Notes: a model not told the origin generated them from the letters alone. A DNA stretch of 64,000 nt from an uncultured Gammaproteobacteria bacterium (GCA_964399675.1 CAYNRK010000003.1:73033-137032); one strand, 5' to 3'; positions 1 through 10,020 are shown, counted from the first letter of the stretch. Numbers and translations: made by a program.

Positions 1-1
1 T

Positions 2-1765
2 TTTTCAATCCAGGTTGATGAACCTGAGCTTTGTCCAAAGTATTCAGCAATTTCAATTGAGAATGTAAAAGTTGGGCCATCGCCTTGGTGGATGCAAAAA
101 AAGCTCATGTTTGCCGGGTTTAAACCGATCAATAACATTGTGGATATTACAAACTATGTTTTGCATGAATACGGACAGCCATTACACACGTTTGATGCAG
201 ACAAGCTGGAGGGTGAAAAAATTATTGTTAGAAAAGCAAAAAAGAATGAAAAGTTTTTAGCACTTGATGAGAACGAATATAAATTGTCATCTGATCAGTT
301 GGTGATCGCAGATGAAAAGCAAGCTGTTGCTGTTGCCGGTGTAATGGGTGGGGAGCTTACCGGGACAACTGAAAACACAACCCGAGTGCTTATTGAGTCA
401 GCGACTTTTGATCCAGTTTCTGTGAGGCAAACTTCCAGAGCGCTTAATCTTTATTCAGATTCACAACTACTTTTTGAAAAAGGTCTTTCAACAGAATCAA
501 CCAAGCCCGCGCTTGCAAGAGCTGTTGAGTTGATTTTGGAACTTGCAGGAGGAGAAGTCGCTTCAGGTGTGTTGGTTGAGGAAGCAAAAACGTACGAGCC
601 ATTGGTCTTTGATTTCAATCCAACAAAAGTTAATGAACTAATGGGAGTTGAATTAAAAGAAGAAGAAATGGCGAGTATTTTAAAACAATTAGGATTTCAA
701 GTAACCCCCCCTAACCCCCCCTTGAAAAGGGGGGGAACCTACAAAGTAGTGGTTCCGTATTGGCGCGATCGTGATATTGAAGATCCAGTTGATTTTACAG
801 AGGAGATTGCGCGAATATATGGTTATGAAAAAATTCCACCCATTCTTCCTCAGGGAGATTTGTCAGAGCAAATACCAGATTCAAGTTTGTTTTGGCGTCG
901 GCGCATTAAACAGATTTTAGCTGGTGCCGGGCTTACAGAAGCGTATTCATATTCTTTTGTTTCTGAAAAACAGATTGAGTTGTTTGATTGTAGCCAGGTC
1001 ATGAAACTAAAAAACCCACTCAATAGCGAGCAAGAGTATTTGCGTCAGTCACTTTTGCCAAGCATGCTTACTACAGTTGCTGCTAATCAAAAAAGATTTT
1101 CAGAAGCTGAGTTGTTTGAAACAGCCCCTGTGTACAAAGCGCAAAAAAATGACAAGCCAAAACAAATTCAAAAATTGGTTATTGCGGTTTATGGCAAAGA
1201 TGGGGTTGAGTCGTTTTCGCACGTAAAAGGAATGCTTGAGAGATTGTTTCGCCAGACCGGAATTACAGATTGGAGTTACAGTCGCGATGATTTTCGAGAC
1301 CATTTGCATACTGGGCGTCAGGCTCGGGTGTTTGTTGGTAAAGAAGATGTGGGCTGGATTGGGCAGGTAAATAATGAGTTGAGCCAGGCTTTTGATTTAG
1401 ATGTTGATGTTGTGGTGGCAGGACTTAATATTGATCTGTTGATTCCAATGTTTTCAGTAAATAAATCATACACACCTCTTCCGCAGTTTCCGTCTGTGAA
1501 ACGAGACCTTGCGTTTGTTGTTGACGAGAGTGTGGAATATAAGACAGTTGTTGATGTTATTGAAAAAGAAAGTGCATTGGTTGGTAATGTTGGTTTGTTT
1601 GATGTGTATCGTGGTAAAGGAATTGAAAATGGAAAAAAGTCAATTGCAATACATATGGATTTCCTTGCTCAGGATCGTACGTTGGAATCAGAAGAGGTTG
1701 ATGTAGAGCTTGAAAAAATTCGCACTGTGCTGCAAAAGAAATTTAGTGCTATAATGAGATCGTAA
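2..1765 (+). CDS. pheT: phenylalanine--tRNA ligase beta subunit, 5' end outside the window
   Basis: The frame is open from nt 2, and the annotated Met at 92 is internal. The translation has PheT B3/B4-like (PINNIVDITNYV), B5 and C-terminal anticodon-binding-like regions. A 39 bp palindromic element sits in-frame at 702-740. Confidence 0.85.
   Translation, partial: FSIQVDEPELCPKYSAISIENVKVGPSPWWMQKKLMFAGFKPINNIVDITNYVLHEYGQPLHTFDADKLEGEKIIVRKAKKNEKFLALDENEYKLSSDQLVIADEKQAVAVAGVMGGELTGTTENTTRVLIESATFDPVSVRQTSRALNLYSDSQLLFEKGLSTESTKPALARAVELILELAGGEVASGVLVEEAKTYEPLVFDFNPTKVNELMGVELKEEEMASILKQLGFQVTPPNPPLKRGGTYKVVVPYWRDRDIEDPVDFTEEIARIYGYEKIPPILPQGDLSEQIPDSSLFWRRRIKQILAGAGLTEAYSYSFVSEKQIELFDCSQVMKLKNPLNSEQEYLRQSLLPSMLTTVAANQKRFSEAELFETAPVYKAQKNDKPKQIQKLVIAVYGKDGVESFSHVKGMLERLFRQTGITDWSYSRDDFRDHLHTGRQARVFVGKEDVGWIGQVNNELSQAFDLDVDVVVAGLNIDLLIPMFSVNKSYTPLPQFPSVKRDLAFVVDESVEYKTVVDVIEKESALVGNVGLFDVYRGKGIENGKKSIAIHMDFLAQDRTLESEEVDVELEKIRTVLQKKFSAIMRS
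702..740. mobile_element. short palindromic element (family 3, CCCCTAACCCC...CTTGAAAAGG core) inserted in-frame in pheT
   Basis: The sequence is cccccctaaccccccCTTGAAAAGGgggggaacc. Related copies occur at 21178-21243 and 44524-44604. It encodes the odd PPNPPLKRGG stretch in PheT. Confidence 0.6.
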
Positions 1766-1766
1766 T

Positions 1767-2081
1767 ATGTTTTCACCTCTCGACATTCTCTACATTGTTC
1801 TTGCGTTTTGTGCGTTGTGGTTTACAGCTGCAATCTTTTGGCTTATTTGGCAGATCGCGAGTATTTTTCGAAACGTGAATGAAACACTTGCTGAGGCTCG
1901 TGAGAAAATGGTTTTGATTGAAAAAGCACTAACAGGGATTCGGCAAAAGTTTGAAAGCACAACATCGGTTTTAGGTGTTGTTGTGGAGACTGCATCAAAA
2001 ACCGTTGACTATCTACTTGATAAGAAAAAAGAGCCAAAGAAAAAGAAACCAAGAAAAAAAGGAAAAGTGATTGATTTATAG
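1767..2081 (+). CDS. small membrane protein with lysine-rich C-terminal tail, hypothetical
   Basis: ORF of 104 aa with an N-terminal hydrophobic helix and a KKKEPKKKKPRKKGK tail, followed by an intrinsic terminator. Confidence 0.5.
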   Translation: MFSPLDILYIVLAFCALWFTAAIFWLIWQIASIFRNVNETLAEAREKMVLIEKALTGIRQKFESTTSVLGVVVETASKTVDYLLDKKKEPKKKKPRKKGKVIDL

Positions 2082-2087
2082 AGAAAA

Positions 2088-2111
2088 TAAACAGGGCCAA
2101 GGCCCTGTTTT
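2088..2111 (+). terminator. rho-independent terminator
   Basis: Hairpin aaacagggccaaggccctgttttt (GC stem followed by a T-run). Confidence 0.7.
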
Positions 2112-2145
2112 TGAATTTCTGAAAAGGTAATGATAAGCTCTTTGT

Positions 2146-2268
2146 GTCATATCGACCGGGTATTATTTCTTGTCATCTCGACCGGAGGCCCGTCAGACGG
2201 GCCGGAGCGGAGAGATCTCGAATATGCGAGATCTCTCGGCTCGACAGGTGTCTCGCTCGAGATGACAA
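2146..2268. mobile_element. MITE-like palindromic repeat, family 1 (TGTCATCTCGACCG ... CGAGATGACA termini)
   Basis: Terminal inverted repeats tgtcatctcgaccg/cgagatgaca enclose an inner palindrome ggagagatctcgaatatgcgagatctctc. Six more copies are present in the window. Confidence 0.75.
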
Positions 2269-2274
2269 AAATGT

Positions 2275-5200
2275 ATGTCAAAGTTTGTCCATCTTCACAC
2301 ACATTCCCACTTTTCATTACTTGAGGCTTTGCCAAAAACAAAGGATCTTTTGAATCATGTTAAAGAATTGGAAATGGATACGGTTGCTGTGACAGATAAT
2401 GGAACAATGTACGGAGCGATCGAGTTTTATCAAAAGGCTGTGGCAATGAATATCAAACCCATAATGGGAGTTGATTTTTATCTTGCTCGTAATGGCCGTC
2501 ATCAAAAGCGTGCGCGCGTTGACAAAAAATCACATCGTCTTGTGTGTTTGGCTGAGAATAATGCCGGTTACAAAAATTTGATTCAGCTTTCCTCTATTGG
2601 TTTTTTGGAGGGTTTTTATTATAAGCCACGAATTGACAAAGAAATTTTGTCATCACTTACCAATGGTTTGATTGCGCTTTCCGGAGGGCACATGAGTGAG
2701 ATTGATGAGTTTTTGCGTCTTGATCGCGCAGATGAAGCGGAAAAAGTTATTCTTGAGTATGTAAAAATGTTTGGTGAAGGAAACTTTTTTCTAGAGTTGG
2801 TTGATCGACCAGAGATTGGTGAACAAGAGGCAGTAAACACTCAGCTTATTGAGCTTTCAAAAAAACTTAATGTTCCCACTGTTGCCACAAAGAATACATT
2901 TTATTTAAGACCGCAAGATGTTGAGGCGTGGAAAGTTTTGAATTGCATTAAGGGCGGCAAAACACTTGAGCAGTTCGATCGCATGAATCAGTTTGATTAT
3001 GATGCATCCATGGTTAGCGGTAAGTATATGGAAGCGCGTTTTAAAGATGTGCCTGAGGCGATTGAGAATACGCGTCGCATTGCTGATCGATGCAATGTTG
3101 AACTTAAGCTTGGGGAGTGGAACTTTCCGCAGTTTGTTATTCCTGAGACAAAAACGTTTAGGCAAGTTCTAACTGACAAAGCATATATAAGTCTTGAAAA
3201 AAAGCTTGGCAAGTTAACCGATGAAATGAAAGAGCGCATGGAGTATGAGCTTGAGATTATTGATCAGAAAGGTTTTTGTCCTTACTTTTTAATTGTGTCT
3301 GACTTTATTAACTGGGCTCGTGAGAATGGAATTGTTACAACAACACGTGGATCTGCCGCAGGTTCGCTTGTAAGTTATTCAATTGGAATTTCTTCAATCA
3401 ATCCACTGACATATGAATTGCCGTTTGAAAGATTTTTAAATCCTGAAAGACCGTCCGCTCCTGATATCGATGCTGACTTTGCTGATAACAGACGCGATGA
3501 GGTTTTGGATTATGTGCGAGAAAAGTATGGTCATGAAAAGGTGGCTCAGATCTGTACGTTTGGAACAATGCTTGCGCGCGGTTCTGTTCGAGATGTTGGG
3601 CGGGGTCTTGGATTTGAATACAGCATGGTTGATGAGATTGCAAAACTTGTTCCAATGGGGTCGCAAGGTTTTCCAATGACACTTGATCGTGCCCTTCAAG
3701 AATCAGTTGATCTGAAACAAAAATATGATACAGATGCAAATGTTCGTCGTGTTATTGATTTGGCTCGTCAAATTGAAGGTTGTTCGCGACATGTTTCCAT
3801 TCATGCTGCCGGCACAGTAATTTCACCAACTGATCTTACAGACTTTACGCCATTGCAAATTGATACGCGCGAGGGAAAAGTGATTACGCAGTATGAAATG
3901 AAATCTGTTGAGTCAGCCGGGCTTATAAAAATGGACTTTTTGGGAATTCGCAACTTGTCGATTTTGGGAGATGCAATTGCGCTTGTTAAAAAAACAAAAG
4001 GAATTGATATAGAACTTGAATCAATTCCAATTGATGATAAGAAAACCTTTCGATTATTGGCCAATGGACAGACAATGGGTGTGTTTCAGTTGGGTGGAGA
4101 AGGAATGACAAAGTATTTAATGGATCTAAAACCAACGCGTGTTGAGGACATTATGGCAATGGTGGCTTTATATCGTCCCGGTCCTATTGAATCAATTCCA
4201 GAGTACATCCAACGCAAACACAACCCATCTCTTATTTCATATTTGGATGATCGAATGCGAGACATTTTGAAAAAATCAAACGGAGTGATTGTTTATCAGG
4301 ATGATGTGATGCTTATTGCAATTCATTTGGCAGGTTATTCCTGGCTTGAAGCGGATAAATTAAGAAAAGCAATGGGAAAGAAAATTCCAGAGGAAATGGC
4401 AAAACAAAAAGTTAAATTGCTTGAAGGTTTCGTTGAGCACGGGCTTTCAGAAGATCAATCACAGCGATTGTGGAAATTGATTGAGCCATTTGCTGCTTAT
4501 GGATTTAACAAGAGTCATGCTGCAAGTTATGGAATGGTTGCGTATCACACTGCTTTTATGAAAGCAAATTATCCGGCTGAGTACATGACAGCGCTTATGA
4601 CTGCAGAGTCCGGAGATCTTGATAAGGTTGCAGAAGCTGTTCGTGAGTGTGAGCGTATGGGGATTGAAGTGTTGTCACCGGATATTGATGAATCGCGAAA
4701 ACACTTTACCTACATTGATGACAGCACAATTCGTTTTGGTTTGTTAGTGATTAAAAATCTTGGAGATGAGGTTGTTGAAACAATGATTGAAGAGCGAAAA
4801 CAAAATGGCTCATACAAAGACCTTACTGATTTTGCCGGCCGTGTTGCGCACAGAGCGTTTAATAAAAAGTCTCTTGAAGCATTGATCAAAGCTGGGGCGC
4901 TGGATAGATTTGCAGAAAGAAAAAGACTGCTTGAGAATGTGGATCGGATTCTCATGCACAATAAAAATATTCAAAAAGAAAAATCAGCAAATCAGCAAAG
5001 TTTGTTTTCTTTGGCTCCGGACGCAATTGATTCGGGAATTTCATTAAGAGATGTAGAGCCGGCAACAACCAAAGAGTTGCTTGTATGGGAAAAAGAACTT
5101 TTGGGTATGTATGTTTCAGCGCACCCATATGAACAAGTTGAAAAAGAGTTAGGTAAACATTTGTTGGCTTGCAATGCGCTTGACAGCAAAAAAAATCGTT

Positions 5201-5799
5201 CAGAAGTTCGTTGTGGGGGAATTGTTACGTTCTCAAAAGAAATTGTTACAAAAAAAGGTGATCCAATGGCGTTTGTTGGCCTTGAGGATATTAGTGGAAG
5301 AATGGAAGTTGTTGTGTTTCCGCGCGTGTATCAAAAAGCTCGGCACTTGTTGGAAGAAGATGTTTTGGTTCTTGTTTCAGGAAAAATATCAAAACGATCA
5401 GGTGAAGATACAAAATTGCTAGCAGATGAATTCATGGAGATTAAAGAAGAAAGACTGGAAAAGATGAAAACAATGCTTGCGCAAGGTGATTGGTTTCAAG
5501 ATAAAACTCCTGAATTTGTTCCGCAAGAAAATACACAGGAAAATACACAAAATGAACCCGAGGTTGTTCTGCATAGTGGTTCTTTGTCAATTATGTTAAA
5601 GGGTAAACCAACCCCAGACATGATTAAGCATTTGCGTAAGATTTTGCAGGCTTCCCCTGGAGACCAAACAGTCTGCTTGCTTGTTGAGTCAGGTGGTAAG
5701 ATGCGACAAATTCAAACAGATTATTCTGTAAGTGTGACAGATGATATGGTTGAAGAAATTGCGCAGTTGGTCGGGCGACAGAATGTGTCTGTGGTATAA
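2275..5799 (+). CDS. dnaE: DNA polymerase III alpha subunit
   Basis: 1174 aa. The N-terminus has a PHP-domain start (FVHLHTHSHFSLLEA), followed by polymerase core, OB-fold and C-terminal regions. Confidence 0.9.
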   Translation: MSKFVHLHTHSHFSLLEALPKTKDLLNHVKELEMDTVAVTDNGTMYGAIEFYQKAVAMNIKPIMGVDFYLARNGRHQKRARVDKKSHRLVCLAENNAGYKNLIQLSSIGFLEGFYYKPRIDKEILSSLTNGLIALSGGHMSEIDEFLRLDRADEAEKVILEYVKMFGEGNFFLELVDRPEIGEQEAVNTQLIELSKKLNVPTVATKNTFYLRPQDVEAWKVLNCIKGGKTLEQFDRMNQFDYDASMVSGKYMEARFKDVPEAIENTRRIADRCNVELKLGEWNFPQFVIPETKTFRQVLTDKAYISLEKKLGKLTDEMKERMEYELEIIDQKGFCPYFLIVSDFINWARENGIVTTTRGSAAGSLVSYSIGISSINPLTYELPFERFLNPERPSAPDIDADFADNRRDEVLDYVREKYGHEKVAQICTFGTMLARGSVRDVGRGLGFEYSMVDEIAKLVPMGSQGFPMTLDRALQESVDLKQKYDTDANVRRVIDLARQIEGCSRHVSIHAAGTVISPTDLTDFTPLQIDTREGKVITQYEMKSVESAGLIKMDFLGIRNLSILGDAIALVKKTKGIDIELESIPIDDKKTFRLLANGQTMGVFQLGGEGMTKYLMDLKPTRVEDIMAMVALYRPGPIESIPEYIQRKHNPSLISYLDDRMRDILKKSNGVIVYQDDVMLIAIHLAGYSWLEADKLRKAMGKKIPEEMAKQKVKLLEGFVEHGLSEDQSQRLWKLIEPFAAYGFNKSHAASYGMVAYHTAFMKANYPAEYMTALMTAESGDLDKVAEAVRECERMGIEVLSPDIDESRKHFTYIDDSTIRFGLLVIKNLGDEVVETMIEERKQNGSYKDLTDFAGRVAHRAFNKKSLEALIKAGALDRFAERKRLLENVDRILMHNKNIQKEKSANQQSLFSLAPDAIDSGISLRDVEPATTKELLVWEKELLGMYVSAHPYEQVEKELGKHLLACNALDSKKNRSEVRCGGIVTFSKEIVTKKGDPMAFVGLEDISGRMEVVVFPRVYQKARHLLEEDVLVLVSGKISKRSGEDTKLLADEFMEIKEERLEKMKTMLAQGDWFQDKTPEFVPQENTQENTQNEPEVVLHSGSLSIMLKGKPTPDMIKHLRKILQASPGDQTVCLLVESGGKMRQIQTDYSVSVTDDMVEEIAQLVGRQNVSVV

Positions 5800-5810
5800 T
5801 ATTTGTTGAT

Positions 5811-7025
5811 ATGCCAACAAAAAAAAGCGCTCCGAAAAAGCGAGTGCCAGTGAAAAAAACTACAAGGAAAAAAGTTAAGCCAGTTGAAAAGATTTCCATT
5901 CAACGACCAAGCGCTATCCCGCTTGTGCTTTATCGTAGGATTGCGATCAGCTTTGTTGTTATTGTTGCAGCAGCGCTTGCAAGTGTTTTATATCTTTCTA
6001 CAATGCAGGCGGTAATTATTGTTGACTCAACTCAGTCTCCGATCACAGCAGAGTTGGTGCTTCACACAAGGGAAGTTCCTGTGAGTGATGGGCAAATTAA
6101 GGCGCAGATTTTTGAGCGTACAATTGGAAAAACAAAATCATTTGTGCCAAGTGCTGAAGGTGCAGAGGAAGTGGTTGGTACTGCAACAGGAAAAGTTACA
6201 ATTCATAGCACAGCAAGTTTTAATCAGCCACTTGTAAAAACAACCCGTCTTTTAACTGGGGATGGAAAACTGTTTCGGCTAAGCAGTGGAGTTACCGTGC
6301 CAGCTGGTGGAAGTGTTGAAGCTGGTGTTTATGCTGATGTTGATGGTAAAGAAGGTGATATAGGTCCAACACGTTTTTCAATTCCAGGACTTTCCGAGGT
6401 AAGACAAAAGTTGATTTATGCAGAAAGTTCAGATGCGTTTGTTGGTGGGGTGAGTACTATTTCAGTTGTGAGCGAAGATGAGTTGGAAAATGCTGCGAAA
6501 GTAGTTGAGCAAGAACTTGTTGATGAAGCGCAACAGGTTATGAAAGCGGAAATGGATCAAGAGTTTTCCGGTGAGTCATTGAGTATAGAAGTGACTCAAA
6601 AAGAGTTTAGTATTAAACCAAACACACAGGCTGACAAGTTTGATGTAACAATGACACTTAAGATTGGCGCGGTTTATTACGATCGAGCAGCTGCGGAAAA
6701 TATTGCGGTTCGAAAGTTGTATGAAGGTCTTGGTAAAGGTCAGGCTTTCACCAATGTTCTTTCAGATGAAATGAAAGTTGAGGTTCAGCAGTTTTCACAA
6801 TCAACCGGACGCGCAGTTATTCACGTGAGTCTTTCAGGACAAACAATTACTTCAAAAACTTCAGCAGCGCTTGGTGTGAGTCGGTTTGTTGGAATGACAG
6901 AGGAAGAGGTTAGGCAGTTGTTGTTACAGGAAGAAGTTGCTGAGTCAGTTGATGTGGAATTTTTCCCATTTTGGGTGAGGCGAGTGCCAAGGCTCAAGGA
7001 TCATATCTATATTGAGATTCGGTAA
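5811..7025 (+). CDS. hypothetical membrane-anchored protein
   Basis: 404 aa with a basic N-terminus, a single TM helix (IAISFVVIVAAALASVLYL) and a large extracytoplasmic domain. No family recognised. Confidence 0.5.
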   Translation: MPTKKSAPKKRVPVKKTTRKKVKPVEKISIQRPSAIPLVLYRRIAISFVVIVAAALASVLYLSTMQAVIIVDSTQSPITAELVLHTREVPVSDGQIKAQIFERTIGKTKSFVPSAEGAEEVVGTATGKVTIHSTASFNQPLVKTTRLLTGDGKLFRLSSGVTVPAGGSVEAGVYADVDGKEGDIGPTRFSIPGLSEVRQKLIYAESSDAFVGGVSTISVVSEDELENAAKVVEQELVDEAQQVMKAEMDQEFSGESLSIEVTQKEFSIKPNTQADKFDVTMTLKIGAVYYDRAAAENIAVRKLYEGLGKGQAFTNVLSDEMKVEVQQFSQSTGRAVIHVSLSGQTITSKTSAALGVSRFVGMTEEEVRQLLLQEEVAESVDVEFFPFWVRRVPRLKDHIYIEIR

Positions 7026-7069
7026 GAGGTTTTTGACTTATTTTTTCTTGGTGTTAAACTGAAAGCAGA

Positions 7070-7345
7070 GTGATTTCTAGTTATATGAAAACAAAAATTA
7101 AAAAAAAGGATTCAAAAAGAACTCGTGAGGCTATGGTAAAAATACCATTGTCTGCTTTCCGATATCTTTCCAGGTATCCTCGTGAGAAAAAAATCGTGAT
7201 AGAGATTTCAACAAAGGATATTAAAAGAGTGAATGATGCCGAAACGCTTGACGAGATTTTAAATGAAGTGCGACTCGAATACGCATTAGGCAACCACAGT
7301 ACTCACAAAAGTGCTAAAAGTCTGATTGCTGCTCTTGAGTCGTAA
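7070..7345 (+). CDS. putative antitoxin partner of the RelE/ParE-like toxin (start uncertain, possibly ATG at 7134)
   Basis: Small ORF immediately upstream of and abutting the toxin gene, with TTGACT-N16-TAAACT upstream. The protein has no recognisable family by eye. Confidence 0.4.
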   Translation: MISSYMKTKIKKKDSKRTREAMVKIPLSAFRYLSRYPREKKIVIEISTKDIKRVNDAETLDEILNEVRLEYALGNHSTHKSAKSLIAALES

Positions 7346-7346
7346 T

Positions 7347-7610
7347 ATGCAAGTAAATCTCTCGCCGCGCTTCAAGCGAGCATATAAAAAGCTGCCGCGG
7401 CATTTGAAAGAAGATTTCAAAGATAAAATTGTAACATTTATTAAAGACCCACGTCATCCAACGCTTAAAACGCATAAACTCAAAGGTAAATATCAGGAGT
7501 GTCTCGCGTTTCGGCTACAAGATGGATATAGGGTCCTTTTTGAATTCTCAGCTTCTGACACAGTAGATTTATTGGATATAGGACCGCACGATATTTATAA
7601 AAAACGATAA
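7347..7610 (+). CDS. relE: type II toxin, RelE/ParE superfamily (mRNA interferase-like)
   Basis: About 88 aa. The motif KLKGKYQECLAFRLQDGYRVLFEF...DLLDIGPHDIY matches the RelE/ParE core. It sits in a toxin-antitoxin arrangement. Confidence 0.65.
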   Translation: MQVNLSPRFKRAYKKLPRHLKEDFKDKIVTFIKDPRHPTLKTHKLKGKYQECLAFRLQDGYRVLFEFSASDTVDLLDIGPHDIYKKR

Positions 7611-7623
7611 GGAGCCATGGGGT

Positions 7624-7699
7624 CAGGTCGTTAATTGTAGCGTTTGAATATTTTTGTGCCATCAAATCAAGCAAACCCGCTTGATTTTTTGGTTGATTT
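7624..7699 (+). repeat. junction repeat J1 (…CGTTAATYGTAGCGTT…ATCAAATCRAGC…GCTTGATTTTTTGGTTGA) including an intrinsic terminator hairpin
   Basis: The same roughly 60 bp module recurs at 9284-9344, and its right half recurs at 8421-8442. The hairpin atcaaatcaagc/gcttgatttt plus a T-run terminates relE. Confidence 0.6.
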
Positions 7700-7710
7700 A
7701 AAAAGAAATC

Positions 7711-7746
7711 CCGCACGAGAAGCGCAAGGCTTCGTCTGTGCGGGGT
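7711..7746 (-). terminator. intrinsic terminator of GC-rich gene A
   Basis: On the minus strand, the hairpin cccgcacagacgaagccttgcgcttctcgtgcggg is followed by ATTTCTTTTT. Confidence 0.6.
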
Positions 7747-7765
7747 GTTGTCTTCTTGCGAGTAG

Positions 7766-8317
7766 CTACCTCGCGATCGAAGTTCGCTCGAAGAAGATGC
7801 CGTTACAGAGAACGTGGCTGGGGCCGGCCGATCCCTCGTAGGAACCGACGTGTTCGATGGCCCGTCCGAAACGTTGGAAGTGCTCCATCATGGACTTCAG
7901 GAGCTCGGTCGCATCGTCACTGCGATCGATTTCGGATCCGCCTCGCACCTCGCTTTCACTGAGGTAGAGATCGATCTTGCCGTCGACGTCGACGTACCAC
8001 CGTACCGGATCACCGCCGGGTGAGGCCAGGGTCAGCACGAGGAACGGCTGCTTGAAGGGTCCCGGATTCTCTGGGTCGTAAGGCAAGTGCTTCAGGTCTT
8101 GCCTCTTGGACTTGAGACCAAGGGCGATCTGCAACCCCTCCCGAGACACCACGGTGGGGTCCACGGACAGGAGATCACTCAACAGGCCAGACTCGAGAAG
8201 TCTCTGCAACACATCTCCATCGAGCCCCTGCTCGGAGATCAGCTGAAGGACAGCATGTGCCTGTGCGAGCGTTGCGGGCTTCTCACGATCAGATCGGACT
8301 GCGCTTCCTTGTGGCAT
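7766..8317 (-). CDS. GC-rich foreign ORF A, hypothetical protein (183 aa)
   Basis: Roughly 60% GC in an AT-rich context. A strong SD (ctAAGGAGGaactgcgATG) precedes the start and the gene has its own terminator. The protein composition is protein-like on the minus strand. No family recognised. Confidence 0.6.
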   Translation of the reverse strand: MPQGSAVRSDREKPATLAQAHAVLQLISEQGLDGDVLQRLLESGLLSDLLSVDPTVVSREGLQIALGLKSKRQDLKHLPYDPENPGPFKQPFLVLTLASPGGDPVRWYVDVDGKIDLYLSESEVRGGSEIDRSDDATELLKSMMEHFQRFGRAIEHVGSYEGSAGPSHVLCNGIFFERTSIAR

Positions 8318-8420
8318 CGCAGTTCCTCCTTAGTAAACGGCCGACGACATTGCCTGCCGAAAAGACATTTCAGCATATTATGTAAACTTTGTCAATTAGA
8401 AAGGGTCCAGATTGGGCGAA

Positions 8421-8442
8421 CTTGCTTGATTTTTTGGTTGAT
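8421..8442 (+). repeat. junction repeat J2 (right half only: CTTGCTTGATTTTTTGGTTGAT)
   Basis: 22-mer shared with J1 and J3, lying between GC-rich gene A and the RhuM-like cassette. Confidence 0.5.
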
Positions 8443-8639
8443 AAAACATACAGTCTTAGATGTTGTTTGTGCGAAATGAATTCGTATATGCACTAGTTAA
8501 GCGACATGCTAAATATCGAAAATTAGAAGATTCCGTGCTTACGGTCATTGTTCCTGTCCACGAAAAAGATCTTCGTTATGGCACATTCCGATCTATTTTA
8601 CGTCAATCAAAATTTTAACTGATAAATTGGTTTTAAATT

Positions 8640-9278
8640 ATGAACAAAAAAGATAATTCAATCGTTTTATTTCATGAAAAACAGGTTCGTCGTTATTGGG
8701 ATAATGAAAAAGAGCTTTGGTATTTTTCAATTGTAGATGTAATTGAAATTCTTACTGACTCGACTATTCCAAGAAGATACTGGAGCGATCTTAAAGGTAA
8801 ATTAAAAAAAGAAGGAAGTGAAGTGTACGAAAAAATCGTACAGTTGAAAATGATTGCTCCAGATGGAAAAAAAAGAGACACGGATTGTTTTTCTACTGAA
8901 GATTTACTTCGTGTTATTCAATCAATTCCTTCACCAAAAGCTGAACCTTTTAAATTATGGCTTGCTAAAATTGGACACGAAAGAATTGAAGAAACTGAAG
9001 ACCCAGAACTTGCTTTTGAAAGAGCCATGCAAACGTATCTTAAAAAAGGACATTCTAAAGATTGGATTAATCAAAGGCTTAAAAGTATTGAAGTCAGAAA
9101 AGAATTAACTGATGAATGGAAAGAAAAAGGTATGAAAGAAGGTTTGGAATATGCAATTTTAACAGACGAAATTACAAAAGCTTGGGCTGATAAATCAGTA
9201 AAACAATACAAGACTTTCAAGAGTCTTAAAAAACAGAGTTTGAGAGACAACATGACCAATCTTGAATTGGTTTTATAA
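8640..9278 (+). pseudogene. RhuM/Bro-N-like (DinD-type) protein, C-terminally truncated
   Basis: 212 aa. The N-terminus (VRRYWDNEKELWYFSIVDVIEIL) looks Bro-N-like and the ORF ends at ...LRDNMTNLELVL directly before junction repeat J3. Family members I recall are about 100 aa longer. Confidence 0.5.
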
Positions 9279-9283
9279 AGGGG

Positions 9284-9344
9284 GCCAGGTACGTTAATCG
9301 TAGCGTTATCAAATCGAGCGTAGAGGCTTGATTTTTTGGTTGAG
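9284..9344 (+). repeat. junction repeat J3 (full copy) with terminator hairpin
   Basis: cgttaatcgtagcgttatcaaatcgagcgtagaggcttgattttttggttga, nearly identical in architecture to J1. Confidence 0.6.
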
Positions 9345-9406
9345 ATTTGACATATATAACGCGTTGCGTTATTATTAACGGCGCTCATTATTAACAGCTC
9401 TTTTGT

Positions 9407-9688
9407 ATGATTCAGAGTTTCGCTGATAAAGAATCAGAGAAGTTGTTTCAGAGGCAACGTTCCAAAAAACTTCCAACAAATATTCAAAAAACTGCTTATA
9501 GAAAATTGCTCATGCTAAGTGCTGCGGTGAACATAAATGATTTACGTGTTCCGCCAGGCAATTGGTTGGAGAGATTAAAAGGAGATCGAAAAAAAGAACA
9601 TAGTATTCGAATTAATGATCAATGGAGAATTTGTTTCATCTGGAAGAATGGAAATGCACATCATGTCAAAATCGAAGACTATCATTGA
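9407..9688 (+). CDS. higB: HigB toxin (RelE/ParE superfamily, plasmid maintenance killer protein)
   Basis: 93 aa. MIQSFADKESEKLF...LKGDRKKEHSIRINDQWRICFIWKNGNAHHVKIEDYH is a textbook HigB pattern. Confidence 0.8.
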   Translation: MIQSFADKESEKLFQRQRSKKLPTNIQKTAYRKLLMLSAAVNINDLRVPPGNWLERLKGDRKKEHSIRINDQWRICFIWKNGNAHHVKIEDYH

Positions 9689-9729
9689 GAAAAGCAAAAA
9701 AATAAGAAAAAAATATGCGCGTCGCCAAA

Positions 9730-10020
9730 ATGATCACCATCGTCCATCCAGGAGAGATCCTTAATAAGGAATTTTTAAAGCCACTTGAAATTTCACAGTA
9801 TCGGTTAGCAAAAGATATTAGTGTTCCACCGCGGCGTATTAACGAAATCGTACTCGGAAAGCGATCGATAACAGCCGACACCGCTCTGCGTCTGTCGCGA
9901 TATTTCAAAATGTCACCAGAGTTTTGGATGAATCTACAATCACATTACGATCTTGAAATGCAGAGCGACAAGATTGGAAAGCGGTTAGAGCAAGAGGTTT
10001 CTGTTGGTGTGTTTGCTTAG
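9730..10020 (+). CDS. higA: HigA antitoxin, XRE-family HTH
   Basis: MITIVHPGEILNKEFLKPLEISQYRLAKDISVPPRRINEIVLGKRSITADTALRLSRYF matches the HigA/VapI HTH. It lies immediately downstream of higB. Confidence 0.8.
   Translation: MITIVHPGEILNKEFLKPLEISQYRLAKDISVPPRRINEIVLGKRSITADTALRLSRYFKMSPEFWMNLQSHYDLEMQSDKIGKRLEQEVSVGVFA

Noticed and set aside
7624-9344. Junction repeats as canonical integron attC sites
   Set aside because: No RYYYAAC / GTTRRRY core sites at the ends. No intI gene or attI is in the window. The hairpins followed by T-runs are equally well explained as shared intrinsic terminators. Kept as an open question in the findings.
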